From: Euglena gracilis
Taxonomy: Eukaryota
DNA length: 64,000 bases
Direction of reading: 5' to 3'
Assembly: GCA_039621445.1 (NCBI GenBank)
Contig: CP154954.1
Location: 8,682,634 to 8,746,633 of the forward strand
Position numbers and translations under genes: made by a program. This document shows, piece after piece, positions 12,967 to 27,576 of this stretch. The stretch's first letter is position 1; every line of letters begins with the position of its first letter. A model generated the notes under the pieces. That model was not told the DNA's origin, made no database searches, and saw only the letters and a program-made list of their open reading frames with translations.

Positions 12967-14080
12967 ACGAGCGGCGTTCAGCCAGGAGTCTCCCTTGCTT
13001 TCCTCTTCCCCCCTTGCACTCTTGCACTCTCCACCACCCCTCACGATCGTCATCCAGAACCTCCTTCGTGCTGCACATATACATTTACGGCTGCGTTCTC
13101 CTGCCGCACCTCGTATCTTCTACTGTGTTGCCCTTTCCGCAATTCTCACGATGCTAATGGTTGAACCTTCAAACAATGATCCAGAAATTAATATTATTTC
13201 CTTGCCCTCGATGACATTCATTTATTTCGGTTTATCATTTCAACGGGTTTCGGTTTTCTCATGCCTAAAAAGCTTGCAACCAAGTTTCTTTGTGTACAGG
13301 AATATGTTCTGTGGTGTTTGTGTGTGTGTGTGTGTGTGTTACTGTGTCTGTGCATGCTGGGGGGATTTGTGAACTGCATATTGTTAAGTCTTTTGTGCAA
13401 AATGTACACAAAAGACTTTTTTTAAAAAATATATCAAAAATTTCGGTTTTTGAATTTTTTGCATTTTCTACATATTTTGGCTGGCCACCTGATTTGATCC
13501 ACGCGTTTGAATTTGTGTTGCATTATGCTGGATGCATCACATTGGAAGCTCTCCGGGGGCAAGAGGTACGCATCGACGCACTCCTCCCGTCTTCCCTGCA
13601 CCCAAAGCAATCCCAACCATCTATTTGTGCTGGCACACCATTTCAGGTGACGAAGGCATAAGGTTTGTTTTGTCAGTGAAGCACTCAAATAGCCATCAAA
13701 CAACTGGCAACCCAGCCACAGATAAAAGTGGTGCCAAATCTTTTGACTGAAACACAAGTGCATGCAATTATACAACGCTCCCGCTATGTATTTTTACACC
13801 GTGTTCCATTTGGTATGGGTGTAAAATTTGAAGGTTTTGTTAACAAAAAAAAAAAAAAAGAAAAAAAAAAAACTGGCATGCATACACAAATACACAAGTG
13901 CGTGTGCGCGCACATATTTTAACACAGATAACTCGAATTGTCTTCAAAGGTTTAGGGAGTTGGCATCTGCCCACCAGTCTTTAGGAACATTTCCTTGGGG
14001 GGGACCCGGTGATTTTATGTCCAAAAAGTTTCTCCCCATAATAGTTGGGAAATTTTAGAACACCCTCGGCCACACACCAC

Positions 14081-17000
14081 CAGGCACCTACGGCCGACCA
14101 GGGCCGACCAGGACCAACCAGGGCCGACCAGGGGCGACTATGATTTTCAGGACCCCCGTAGGTGGGGGTTCCGACCAAGGCCGACCAGGGCCGACCAGGG
14201 CCGACCAGGGCCGACCAGGGCCGATTTGCGTGTGGTTGGCCGACCGAAGGGGAATGGATGAAGGAATTCGGCAGCCTTCCCTCTGGACCAAGCACCTCTG
14301 ATGAGGTTGGGCAATGCTGGGCGATGCAGGGCGATGCTGTATTTTTGGACAGAGGTGAGGTTCCGATGCTGGGCGATGCAGGGCGTTGCTGGGCGATGCT
14401 GGCATTTTTTTTGTATATTTTGAAGAACTAAACCCATTTTTGGATAATTTTCGCACAAATCTCCAGTTTCACACCCATTTTGGCCATTATGGATCAGTTT
14501 TTGCTAATTTGGGGGCTATTCGTCACTGATTTGGCAAATATTGGCTAATTTGGGTCAATAGGAGCATATTTTATGGCATTTTGGCCATTTTGGCCCCTTT
14601 TGGTAATTTTGGGTCATTTTTCACAATCTTTTGTGGATTTTGTTGGCGTTTTTGGGTAATTTTTGGTTATTTCAAGCCATTTTAGGTTATTTTGGTTACT
14701 TTTGGGGAGCCAATGATGAATACAGATACTGGACAGATACCGGACAAGATGCAGATGCGGAACAAGATGCAGAGATGCTGGACAAGATGCAGGTGCTGGA
14801 CAAGATGCAGAGATGCTGGACAAGATGTAGATGCTGGACAAGATGCAGATGCTGGACAAGATGCAGATGCTGGACAAGATGCAGAGATGCTAGACAAGAT
14901 GTAGATGCTGGACAAGATGCAGATGCTGGACAAGATGCAGAGATGCTGGACAAGATGTAGATGCTGGACAAGATGCAGATGCTGGACAAGATGCAGATGC
15001 TGGACAAGATGCAGATGCTGAACAAGATGTAAATGCTGAACAAGATGCAGATGCTGGACAAGATGCAGATCTGGACAAGATGTAGATGCTGGACAAGATG
15101 CAGATGCTGGACAAGATGCAGATGTGTTGCATGCTGGACAGATGCTGGACCGCAAGATGAGATGCTGGATGAGATGATGCAGATGCCAGATGCAGTGCTG
15201 CTGGACAAGATGCCTGAGATGCTGGACAAGACAGATGCTGACTATGTGCTGCAGATGCAGATGTCTGGACTATGCAGATGTGACAAGATGATGGCCCAAG
15301 ATGCAAGATGCTGGACAAGATGGAGATGCTAGATGCGACAAGATGTGTGCCTGGACAAGATGCAGATGAGATGCTGGTTTGCTGATGCAGATGCAGATGC
15401 GGGCAGATGCGGGCTGGCTTAGATGCAGATGCTGGCAGATGGATGGTTGAGATGCAGATGCTGGACAAGATGCAGATGCTGGACAAGATGCTGGGATGCA
15501 GATGCTGGACAGATGTAGATGCTGGACTTGCTGGACAAGATGCAGATGCTGGACAAGATCAGACAAGATGTGCAGATGCTGGACAAGATGCAGATGCTGG
15601 ACAAGATGCAGATGCTGGACAAGATGCAGATGCTGATGCAAGATGCTGGAGAAAGATGCAGATGCCAGATGCTGGACAAGATGTAGATGTTGGACAAGAT
15701 GCTGGACAAGATGCAGATGCTGGACAAGATGCAGAGATGCTGGACAAGATGTAGATGCTGCAGTACAGATGCAGATGCAAGATGAGATGGACAAGATGCA
15801 GAGATGCTGGACCAAGATGCAGATGCTGGACCAGATGCAGATGCAGATGCAGATGCTGCATGCTGGACAAGATGCAGATGCTGGAGATCAGATGCTGATG
15901 CAGATGCTAGATGCAGATGGACAAGATGCAGATGCAGATGCTGGACAAGATGCTGGACAAGATGCAGACAAAAGAGAAGCTGGACAAGATGCAGATGCTG
16001 GACAGATGCATGCTGGACAAGATGCAAGATGCTGGACACAAGATGCAGAGACAAGATGCAGACAAGATGCAGATGCTGGACAAGATGCAGATGCTGGACA
16101 AGATGCAGACAAGATGCGATGCAAGATGCAGACAAGATGCAAGATGCTACAAGAGATGCTGGACAAGATGAAAGATGCATTATGCAGATGCAAAGATGCA
16201 GAGAGATGCTGGACAAGATGCAGACAAAAGATGCTGGACAAGATGCGATGCTGATGCACAGACAAGATGCGATGCAAGATGCAGAAAGATGCTGGACAAG
16301 ATGCAAAAAGACAAAATGCAGATGCTGGACAGACATGGACAAGATGGAGATGCTGGATAAGATGCAGACAAGATGCAGATGCTGGACAAGATGCAGATGC
16401 TGGACAAGATGCAGAGAAGCTGGACAAGATGCAGATGCTGGACAAGATGCAGAGATGCTGGACAAGATGCAGAGATGCTGGACAAGATGCAGATGATGGA
16501 CAAGATGCAGATGCTGGACAAGATGCAGATGCTGGACAAGATGCAGATGCTGGACAAGATGCAGATGCTGGACAAGATGCAGATGCTGGACAAGATGCAG
16601 ATGCTGGACAAGATGCAGATGCTGGACAAGATGCAGATGCTGGACAAGATGCAGATGCTGGACAAGATGCAGATGCTGGACAAGATGCAGATGCTGGACA
16701 AGATGCAGATGCTGGACAAGATGCAGATGCTGGACAAGATGCAGATGCTGGACAAGATGCAGATGCTGGACAAGATGCAGATGCTGGACAAGATGCAGAT
16801 GCTGGACAAGATGCAGATGCTGGACAAGATGCAGATGCTGGACAAGATGCAGATGCTGGACAAGATGCAGATGCTGGACAAGATGCAGATGCTGGACAAG
16901 ATGCAGATGCTGGACAAGATGCAGATGCTGGACAAGATGCAGATGCTGGACAAGATGCAGAGATGCTGGACAAGATGCAGATGCTGGACAAGATGCAGAG

Positions 17001-20000
17001 ATGCTGGACAAGATGCAGATGCTGGACAAGATGCAGAGATGCTGGACAAGATGCAGATGCTGGACAAGATGCAGATGCTGGACAAGATGCAGATGCTGGA
17101 CAAGATGCAGATGCTGGACAAGATGCAGAGATGCTGGACAAGATGCAGATGCTGGACAAGATGCAGATGCTGGACAAGATGCAGAGATGCTGGACAAGAT
17201 GCAGATGCTGGACAAGATGCAGATGCTGGACAAGATGCAGATGCTGGACAAGATGCAGATGCTGGACAAGATGCAGATGCTGGACAAGATGCAGATGCTG
17301 GACAAGATGCAGATGCTGGACAAGATGCAGATGCTGGACAAGATGCAGATGCTGGACAAGATGCAGATGCTGGACAAGATGCAGATGCTGGACAAGATGC
17401 AGAGATGCTGGACAAGATGCAGATGCTGGACAAGATGCAGATGCTGGACAAGATGCAGATGCTGGACAAGATGCAGAGATGCTGGACAAGATGCAGAGAT
17501 GCTGGACAAGATGCAGATGCTGGACAAGATGCAGATGCTGGACAAGATGCAGATGCTGGACAAGATGCAGATGCTGGACAAGATGCAGATGCTGGACAAG
17601 ATGCAGATGCTGGACAAGATGCAGATGCTGGACAAGATGCAGAGATGCTGGACAAGATGCAGATGCTGGACAAGATGCAGATGCTGGACAAGATGCAGAT
17701 GCTGGACAAGATGCAGAGATGCTGGACAAGATGCAGGTGCTGGACAAGATGCAGATGCTGGACAAGATGCAGATGCTGGACAAGATGCAGATGCTGGACA
17801 AGATGCAGATGCTGGACAAGATGCAGATGCTGGACAAGATGCAGATGCTGGACAAGATGCAGATGCTGGACAAGATGCAGATGCTGGACAAGATGCAGAT
17901 GCTGGACAAGATGCAGATGCTGGACAAGATGCAGATGCTGGACAAGATGCAGATGCTGGACAAGATGCAGATGCTGGACAAGATGCAGATGCTGGACAAG
18001 ATGCAGATGCTGGACAAGATGCAGAGATGCTGGACAAGATGCAGATGCTGGACAAGATGCAGATGCTGGACAAGATGCAGATGCTGGACAAGATGCAGAT
18101 GCTGGACAAGATGCAGAGATGCTGGACAAGATGCAGAGATGCTGGACAAGATGCAGATGCTGGACAAGATGCAGATGCTGGACAAGATGCAGATGCTGGA
18201 CAAGATGCAGATGCTGGACAAGATGCAGATGCTGGACAAGATGCAGATGCTGGACAAGATGCAGATGCTGGACAAGATGCAGATGCTGGACAAGATGCAG
18301 ATGCTGGACAAGATGCAGATGCTGGACAAGATGCAGATGCTGGACAAGATGCAGATGCTGGACAAGATGCAGATGCTGGACAAGATGCAGATGCTGGACA
18401 AGATGTAGATGCTGGACAAGATGCAGATGCTGGACAAGATGTAGATGCTGGACAAGATGCAGAGATGCTGGACAAGATGCAGATGCTGGACAAGATGCAG
18501 ACAAGATGCAGGTGCTGGACAAGATGCAGATGCTGGACAAGATGCAGAGATGCTGGACAAGATGCAGATGCTGGACAAGATGCAGAGATGCTGGACAAGA
18601 TGCAGATGCTGGACAAGATGCAGATGCTGGACAAGATGCAGATGCTGGACAAGATGCAGATGCTGGACAAGATGCAGATGCTGGACAAGATGCAGATGCT
18701 GGACAAGATGCAGATGCTGGACAAGATGCAGATGCTGGACAAGATGCAGATGCTGGACAAGATGCAGATGCTGGACAAGATGCAGATGCTGGACAAGATG
18801 CAGATGCTGGACAAGATGCAGATGCTGGACAAGATGCAGAGATGCTGGACAAGATGCAGATGCTGGACAAGATGCAGATGCTGGACAAGATGCAGATGCT
18901 GGACAAGATGCAGATGCTGGACAAGATGCAGAGATGCTGGACAAGATGCAGATGCTGGACAAGATGCAGATGCTGGACAAGATGCAGATGCTGGACAAGA
19001 TGCAGATGCTGGACAAGATGCAGATGCTGGACAAGATGCAGATGCTGGACAAGATGCAGATGCTGGACAAGATGCAGATGCTGGACAAGATGCAGATGCT
19101 GGACAAGATGCAGATGCTGGACAAGATGCAGATGCTGGACAAGATGCAGATGCTGGACAAGATGCAGATGCTGGACAAGATGCAGATGCTGGACAAGATG
19201 CAGATGCTGGACAAGATGCAGAGATGCTGGACAAGATGCAGAGATGCTGGACAAGATGCAGATGCTGGACAAGATGCAGATGCTGGACAAGATGCAGATG
19301 CTGGACAAGATGCAGATGCTGGACAAGATGCAGACAAGATGCAGATGCTGGACAAGATGCAGATGCTGGACAAGATGCAGATGCTGGACAAGATGCAGAT
19401 GCTGGACAAGATGCAGATGCTGGACAAGATGCAGATGCTGGACAAGATGCAGATGCTGGACAAGATGCAGATGCTGGACAAGATGCAGATGCTGGACAAG
19501 ATGCAGATGCTGGACAAGATGCAGAGATGCTGGACAAGATGCAGATGCTGGACAAGATGCAGATGCTGGACAAGATGCAGATGCTGGACAAGATGCAGAT
19601 GCTGGACAAGATGCAGATGCTGGACAAGATGCAGGTGCTGGACAAGATGCAGATGCTGGACAAGATGCAGATGCTGGACAAGATGCAGATGCTGGACAAG
19701 ATGCAGATGCTGGACAAGATGCAGATGCTGGACAAGATGCAGATGCTGGACAAGATGCAGATGCTGGACAAGATGCAGATGCTGGACAAGATGCAGATGC
19801 TGGACAAGATGCAGATGCTGGACAAGATGCAGATGCTGGACAAGATGCAGATGCTGGACAGATGCTGGACAAGATGCAGGTGCTGGACAAGATGCAGATG
19901 CTGGACAAGATGCAGATGATGGACAAGATGCAGATGCTGGACAAGATGCAGATGCTGGACAAGATGCAGATGCTGGACAAGATGCAGATGCTGGACAAGA

Positions 20001-23000
20001 TGCAGATGCTGGACAAGATGCAGATGCTGGACAAGATGCAGATGCTGGACAAGATGCAGATGCTGGACAAGATGCAGATGCTGGACAAGATGCAGACAAG
20101 ATGCAGATGCTGGACAAGATGCAGATGATGGACAAGATGCAGGTGCTGGACAAGATGAAGATGCTGGACAAGATGTAGATGCTGGACAAGATGCAGATGC
20201 TGGACAAGATGTAGATGCTGGACAAGATGTAGATGCTGGACAAGATGCTGGACAAGATGCAGATGCTGGGCAAGATGCAGATGCTGGACAAGATGCAGGT
20301 GCTGGACAAGATGCAGATGCTGGACAAGATGCAGATGCTGGAGAGATGCTGTACAAGATGGACATGCTGGACAAGATGTAGATGCTGGACAAGATGCAGA
20401 TGCTGGACAAGATGCAGATGCTGGACAAGATGCAGGTGCTGGACAAGATGCAGATGCTGGACAAGATGCAGATGCTGGACAAGATGCAGATGCTGGACAA
20501 GATGCAGATGCTGGACAAGATGCAGATGCTGGACAAGATGCAGGTGCTGGACAAGATGCAGATGCTGGACAAGATGCAGATGCTGGACAAGATGCAGATG
20601 CTGGACAAGATGCAGACAAGATGCAGAGATGCTGGACAAGATGCAGGTGCTGGACAAGATGCAGATGCTGGACAAGATGCAGATGCTGGACAAGATGCAG
20701 ATGCTGGACAAGATGCAGAGATGCTGGACAAGATGCAGAGATGCTGGACAAGATGTAGATGCTGGACAAGATGCAGATGCTGGACAAGATGCAGATGCTG
20801 GACAAGATGCAGATGCTGGACAAGATGCAGAGATGCTGGACAAGATGCAGATGCTGGACAAGATGCAGATGCTGGACAAGATGCAGATGCTGGACAAGAT
20901 GCAGAGATGCTGGACAAGATGCAGATGCTGGACAAGATGCAGATGCTGGACAAGATGCAGATGCTGGACAAGATGCAGATGCTGGACAAGATGCAGAGAT
21001 GCTGGACAAGATGCAGAGATGCTGGACAAGATGCAGGTGCTGGACAAGATGCAGATGCTGGACAAGATGCAGATGCTGGACAAGATGCAGATGCTGGACA
21101 AGATGCAGATGCTGGACAAGATGCAGATGCTGGACAAGATGCAGACAAGATGCAGATGCTGGACAAGATGCAGATGCTGGACAAGATGCAGATGCTGGAC
21201 AAGATGCAGATGCTGGACAAGATGCAGATGCTGGACAAGATGCAGATGCTGGACAAGATGCAGAGATGCTGGACAAGATGCAGATGCTGGACAAGATGCA
21301 GATGCTGGACAAGATGCAGATGCTGGACAAGATGCAGATGCTGGACAAGATGCAGATGCTGGACAAGATGTAGATGCTGGACAAGATGCAGATGCTGGAC
21401 AAGATGCAGATGCTGGACAAGATGCAGACAAGATGCAGATGCTGGACAAGATGCAGATGCTGGACAAGATGCAGATGCTGGACAAGATGCAGATGCTGGA
21501 CAAGATGCAGATGCTGGACAAGATGCAGATGCTGGACAAGATGCAGAGATGCTGGACAAGATGCAGATGCTGGACAAGATGCAGATGCTGGACAAGATGA
21601 AGATGCTGGACAAGATGCAGATGCTGGACAAGATGCAGATGCTGGACAAGATGTAGATGCTGGACAAGATGCAGATGCTGGACAAGATGCAGATGCTGGA
21701 CAAGATGCAGACAAGATGCAGGTGCTGGACAAGATGCAGATGCTGGACAAGATGCAGATGATGGACAAGATGCAGATGCTGGACAAGATGCAGATGATGG
21801 ACAAGATGCATATGCTGGACAAGATGCAGATGCTGGACAAGATGCAGATGCTGGACAAGATGCAGATGCTGGACAAGATGCAGATGCTGGACAAGATGCA
21901 GAGATGCTGGACAAGATGCAGAGATGCTGGACAAGATGCAGATGCTGGACAAGATGCAGATGCTGGACAAGATGCAGATGCTGGACAAGATGCAGATGAT
22001 GGACAAGATGCTGGACAAGATGAAGATGCTGGACAAGATGTAGATGCTGGACAAGATGCAGATGCTGGACAAGATGTAGATGCTGGACAAGATGTAGATG
22101 CTGGACAAGATGCTGGACAAGATGCAGATGCTGGACAAGATGCAGATGCTGGACAAGATGCAGATGCTGGACAAGATGCAGATGCTGGACAAGATGCAGA
22201 TGCTGGACAAGATGCAGATGCTGGACAAGATGCAGATGCTGGACAAGATGCAGAGATGCTGGACAAGATGCAGATGCTGGACAAGATGCAGATGCTGGAC
22301 AAGATGCAGATGCTGGACAAGATGCAGATGCTGGACAAGATGCAGATGCTGGACAAGATGCAGACAAGATGCAGAGATGCTGGACAAGATGCAGATGCTG
22401 GACAAGATGCAGATGCTGGACAAGATGCAGATGCTGGACAAGATGCAGATGCTGGACAAGATGCAGATGCTGGACAAGATGCAGATGCTGGACAAGATGC
22501 AGATGCTGGACAAGATGCAGAGATGCTGGACAAGATGCAGATGCTGGACAAGATGCAGATGCTGGACAAGATGCAGATGCTGGACAAGATGTAGATGCTG
22601 GACAAGATGCTGGACAAGATGCAGATGCTGGGCAAGATGCAGATGCTGGACAAGATGCAGATGCTGGACAAGATGCAGATGCTGGACAAGATGCAGATGC
22701 TGGACAAGATGCAGATGCTGGACAAGATGCAGATGCTGGACAAGATGCAGATGCTGGACAAGATGCAGATGCTGGACAAGATGCAGATGCTGGACAAGAT
22801 GCAGATGCTGGACAAGATGCAGATGCTGGACAAGATGCAGATGCTGGACAAGATGCAGATGCTGGACAAGATGCAGATGCTGGACAAGATGCAGATGCTG
22901 GACAAGATGCAGACAAGATGCAGATGCTGGACAAGATGCAGATGCTGGACAAGATGCAGATGCTGGACAAGATGCAGATGCTGGACAAGATGCAGATGCT

Positions 23001-26000
23001 GGACAAGATGCAGATGCTGGACAAGATGCAGATGCTGGACAAGATGCAGATGCTGGACAAGATGCAGATGCTGGACAAGATGCAGATGCTGGACAAGATG
23101 CAGATGCTGGACAAGATGCAGATGCTGGACAAGATGCAGATGCTGGACAAGATGCAGGTGCTGGACAAGATGCAGATGCTGGACAAGATGCAGATGCTGG
23201 ACAAGATGCAGATGCTGGACAAGATGCAGATGCTGGACAAGATGCAGATGCTGGACAAGATGCAGATGCTGGACAAGATGCAGATGCTGGACAAGATGCA
23301 GATGCTGGACAAGATGCAGAGATGCTGGACAAGATGCAGATGCTGGACAAGATGCAGATGCTGGACAAGATGCAGATGCTGGACAAGATGCAGATGCTGG
23401 ACAAGATGCAGATGCTGGACAAGATGTAGATGCTGGACAAGATGAAGATGCTGGACAAGATGCAGATGCTGGACAAGATGCAGACAAGATGCAATGCTGG
23501 GCAAGATGCAGATGCTGGACAAGATGCAGGTGCTGGACAAGATGCAGATGCTGGACAAGATGCAGATGCTGGACAAGATGCAGATGCTGGACAAGATGCA
23601 GATGCTGGACAAGATGCAGATGCTGGACAAGATGCAGATGCTGGACAAGATGCAGATGCTGGACAAGATGCAGATGCTGGACAAGATGCAGAGATGCTGG
23701 ACAAGATGCAGATGCTGGACAAGATGCAGATGCTGGACAAGATGCAGATGCTGGACAAGATGCAGATGCTGGACAAGATGCAGATGCTGGACAAGATGCA
23801 GATGCTGGACAAGATGCAGGTGCTGGACAAGATGCAGATGCTGGACAAGATGCAGATGCTGGACAAGATGCAGATGCTGGACAAGATGCAGATGCTGGAC
23901 AAGACGCAGATATGCTGGACAAGATGCAGGTGATGGACAAGATGCAGATGCTGCACAAGATGCTGATGCTGGACAATGATGCAGATGGTGGACAAGATGC
24001 AGATGCTGGACAAGATGTAGATGCTGGACAAGATGTAGATGCTGGACAAGATGCAGATGCTGGACAAGATGCAGATGCTGGACAAGATGCAGGTGCTGGA
24101 CAAGATGCAGATGCTGGACAAGATGCAGATGCTGGACAAGATGCAGATGCTGGACAAGATGCAGATGCTGGACAAGATGCAGATGCTGGACAAGATGCAG
24201 ATGCTGGACAAGATGCAGATGCTGGACAAGATGCAGATGCTGGACAAGATGCAGATGCTGGACAAGATGCAGAGATGCTGGACAAGATGCAGGTGCTGGA
24301 CAAGATGAAGATGCTGGACAAGATGTAGATGCTGGACAAGATGCAGATGCTGGACAAGATGCAGATGCTGGACAAGATGCAGATGCTGGACAAGATGCAG
24401 ATGCTGGACAAGATGCAGATGCTGGACAAGATGCAGATGCTGGACAAGATGCAGATGCTGGACAAGATGCAGATGCTGGACAAGATGCAGATGCTGGACA
24501 AGATGCAGGTGCTGGACAAGATGCAGATGCTGGACAAGATGCAGATGCTGGACAAGATGCAGATGCTGGACAAGATGCAGATGCTGGACAAGATGCAGAT
24601 GCTGGACAAGATGCAGATGCTGGACAAGATGCAGATGCTGGACAAGATGCAGATGCTGGACAAGATGCAGATGCTGGACAAGATGCAGATGCTGGACAAG
24701 ATGCAGATGCTGGACAAGATGCAGATGCTGGACAAGATGCAGATGATGGACAAGATGCAGATGCTGGACAAGATGCAGATGCTGGACAAGATGCAGATGC
24801 TGGACAAGATGTAGATGCTGGACAAGATGTAGATGCTGGACAAGATGCAGATGCTGGACAAGATGCAGACAAGATGCAGGTGCTGGACAAGATGCAGATG
24901 CTGGACAAGATGCAGATGCTGGACAAGATGCAGATGCTGGACAAGATGCAGATGCTGGACAAGATGCAGAGATGCTGGACAAGATGCAGATGCTGGACAA
25001 GATGCAGATGCTGGACAAGATGCAGATGCTGGACAAGATGCAGATGCTGGACAAGATGCAGATGCTGGACAAGATGCAGATGCTGGACAAGATGCAGAGA
25101 TGCTGGACAAGATGCAGGTGCTGGACAAGATGCAGATGCTGGACAAGATGCAGATGCTGGACAAGATGCAGATGCTGGACAAGATGCAGATGCTGGACAA
25201 GATGCAGATGCTGGACAAGATGCAGACAAGATGCAGATGCTGGACAAGATGCAGATGCTGGACAAGATGCAGATGCTGGACAAGATGCAGGTGCTGGACA
25301 AGATGCAGATGCTGGACAAGATGCAGATGCTGGACAAGATGCAGAGATGCTGGACAAGAAGCAGGTGCTGGACAAGATGCAGATGCTGGACAAGATGCAG
25401 ATGCTGGACAAGATGTAGATGCTGGACAAGATGCAGATGCTGGACAAGATGTAGATGCTGGACAAGATGTAGGTGCTGGACAAGATGCAGATGCTGGACA
25501 AGATGCAGACAAGATGCAGATGCTGGGCAAGATGCAGATGCTGGACAAGATGCAGATGCTGGACAAGATGCAGATGCTGGACAAGATGCAGATGCTGGAC
25601 AAGATGCAGATGCTGGACAAGATGCAGAGATGCTGGACAAGATGCAGATGCTGGACAAGATGCAGATGCTGGACAAGATGCAGATGCTGGACAAGATGTA
25701 GATGCTGGACAAGATGCAGATGCTGGACAAGATGTAGATGCTGGACAAGATGTAGATGCTGGACAAGATGCAGAGATGCTGGACAAGATGCAGATGCTGG
25801 ACAAGATGCAGATGCTGGACAAGATGCAGATGCTGGACAAGATGCAGATGCTGGACAAGATGCAGATGCTGGACAAGACGCAGATGCTGGACAAGATGCA
25901 GATGCTGGACAAGATGCAGATGCTGGACAAGATGCAGATGCTGGACAAGATGCAGAGATGCTGGACAAGATGCAGATGCTGGACAAGATGCAGATGCTGG

Positions 26001-27576
26001 ACAAGATGCAGATGCTGGACAAGATGCAGATGCTGGACAAGATGCAGATGCTGGACAAGATGCAGATGCTGGACAAGATGCAGATGCTGGACAAGATGCA
26101 GATGCTGGACAAGATGCAGATGCTGGACAAGATGCAGATGCTGGACAAGATGCAGATGCTGGACAAGATGCAGATGCTGGACAAGATGCAGATGCTGGAC
26201 AAGATGCAGATGCTGGACAAGATGCAGATGCTGGACAAGATGCAGATGCTGGACAAGATGCAGATGCTGGACAAGATGCAGATGCTGGACAAGATGCAGA
26301 TGCTGGACAAGATGCAGAGATGCTGGACAAGATGCAGATGCTGGACAAGATGCAGATGCTGGACAAGATGCAGATGCTGGACAAGATGCAGATGCTGGAC
26401 AAGATGCAGATGCTGGACAAGATGCAGAGATGCTGGACAAGATGCAGATGCTGGACAAGATGCAGATGCTGGACAAGATGCAGGTGCTGGACAAGATGCA
26501 GATGCTGGACAAGATGCAGATGCTGGACAAGATGCAGATGCTGGACAAGATGCAGATGCTGGACAAGATGCAGATGCTGGACAAGATGCAGATGCTGGAC
26601 AAGATGCAGGTGCTGGACAAGATGCAGATGGTGGACAAGATGCAGATGCTGGACGAGATGCAGAGATGCTGGACAAGATGCAGATGCTGGACAAGATGCA
26701 GATGCTGGACAAGATGAAGATGCTGGACAAGATGTAGATGCTGGACAAGATGCAGATGCTGGACAAGATGTAGATGCTGGACAAGATGTAGATGCTGGAC
26801 AAGATGCAGATGCTGGACAAGATGCAGACAAGATGCAGATGCTCGGCAAGATGCAGATGCTGGACAAGATGCAGATGATGGACAAGATGCAGATGCTGGG
26901 CAAGATGCAGATGCTGGACAAGATGCAGATGCTGGACAAGATGCAGATGCTGGACAAGATGTAGATGCTGGACAAGATGCAGATGCTGCACAAGATGCAG
27001 ATGCTGGACAAGATGTAGATGCTGGACAAGATGCAGATGCTGGACAAGATGCAGATGCTGGACAAGATGTAGATGCTGGACAAGATGCAGATGCTGGACA
27101 AGATGCAGATGCTAGACAAGATGTAGATGCTGGACAAGATGTAGATGCTGGACAAGATGCAGATGCTGGACAAGATGCAGATGCTGGACAAGATGCAGAT
27201 GCTGGACAAGATGCAGATGCTGGACAAGATGCAGATGCTGGACAAGATGCAGATGCTGGGCAAGATGCAGATACTGGACAAGATGCAGACATGCTGGACA
27301 AGATGTAGATGCCGGGCAAGATGCAGATGCTGGACACATTTGCATTTTTGTTTTGTGCTCTGATGGCTCAGCTTATGGGGCATTTCCTTTTGATCTTGTC
27401 AAGACAATTCAGAAAATCATTTATCCCTTCACATTTTTTCTGTTACGGATACCCCCACCTATGGCCGACAATTTGCCGACCAGGGCCAACCAGGGCCGAC
27501 CAGGGCCGACCAGGGCTGACCAGGGCCGACCAGGGCCGACCAGTGCACCAAAATGGGAAGTGACCATAGGTGCCTG
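14081..27576. mobile_element. 13.5-kb non-autonomous hAT-like DNA transposon carrying a satellite
   Basis: TIR CAGGCACCTACGG/CCATAGGTGCCTG; perfect 8-bp TSD CACACCAC (14073-14080, 27577-27584); subterminal (GGCCGACCAG)n arrays at both ends. Confidence 0.9.
14723..27336. repeat. 18-bp tandem satellite (GATGCTGGACAAGATGCA)n, roughly 700 copies
   Basis: Directly visible. Includes 20-bp (+GA) and 11-bp variants; scrambled at about 15120-16370. Confidence 0.98.

Noticed and set aside
14723-27336. CRISPR-like array
   Set aside because: Head-to-tail repeats with no unique spacers, no cas genes, and eukaryotic context.
15419-27383. 3,600-3,970 aa ORFs on the minus strand and DADAGQ/MLDKMQ/RCWTRC ORFs on the plus strand
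   Set aside because: The 18-mer has no stop in any frame. The 20-bp and 11-bp variants shift frame constantly, so no frame is preserved.
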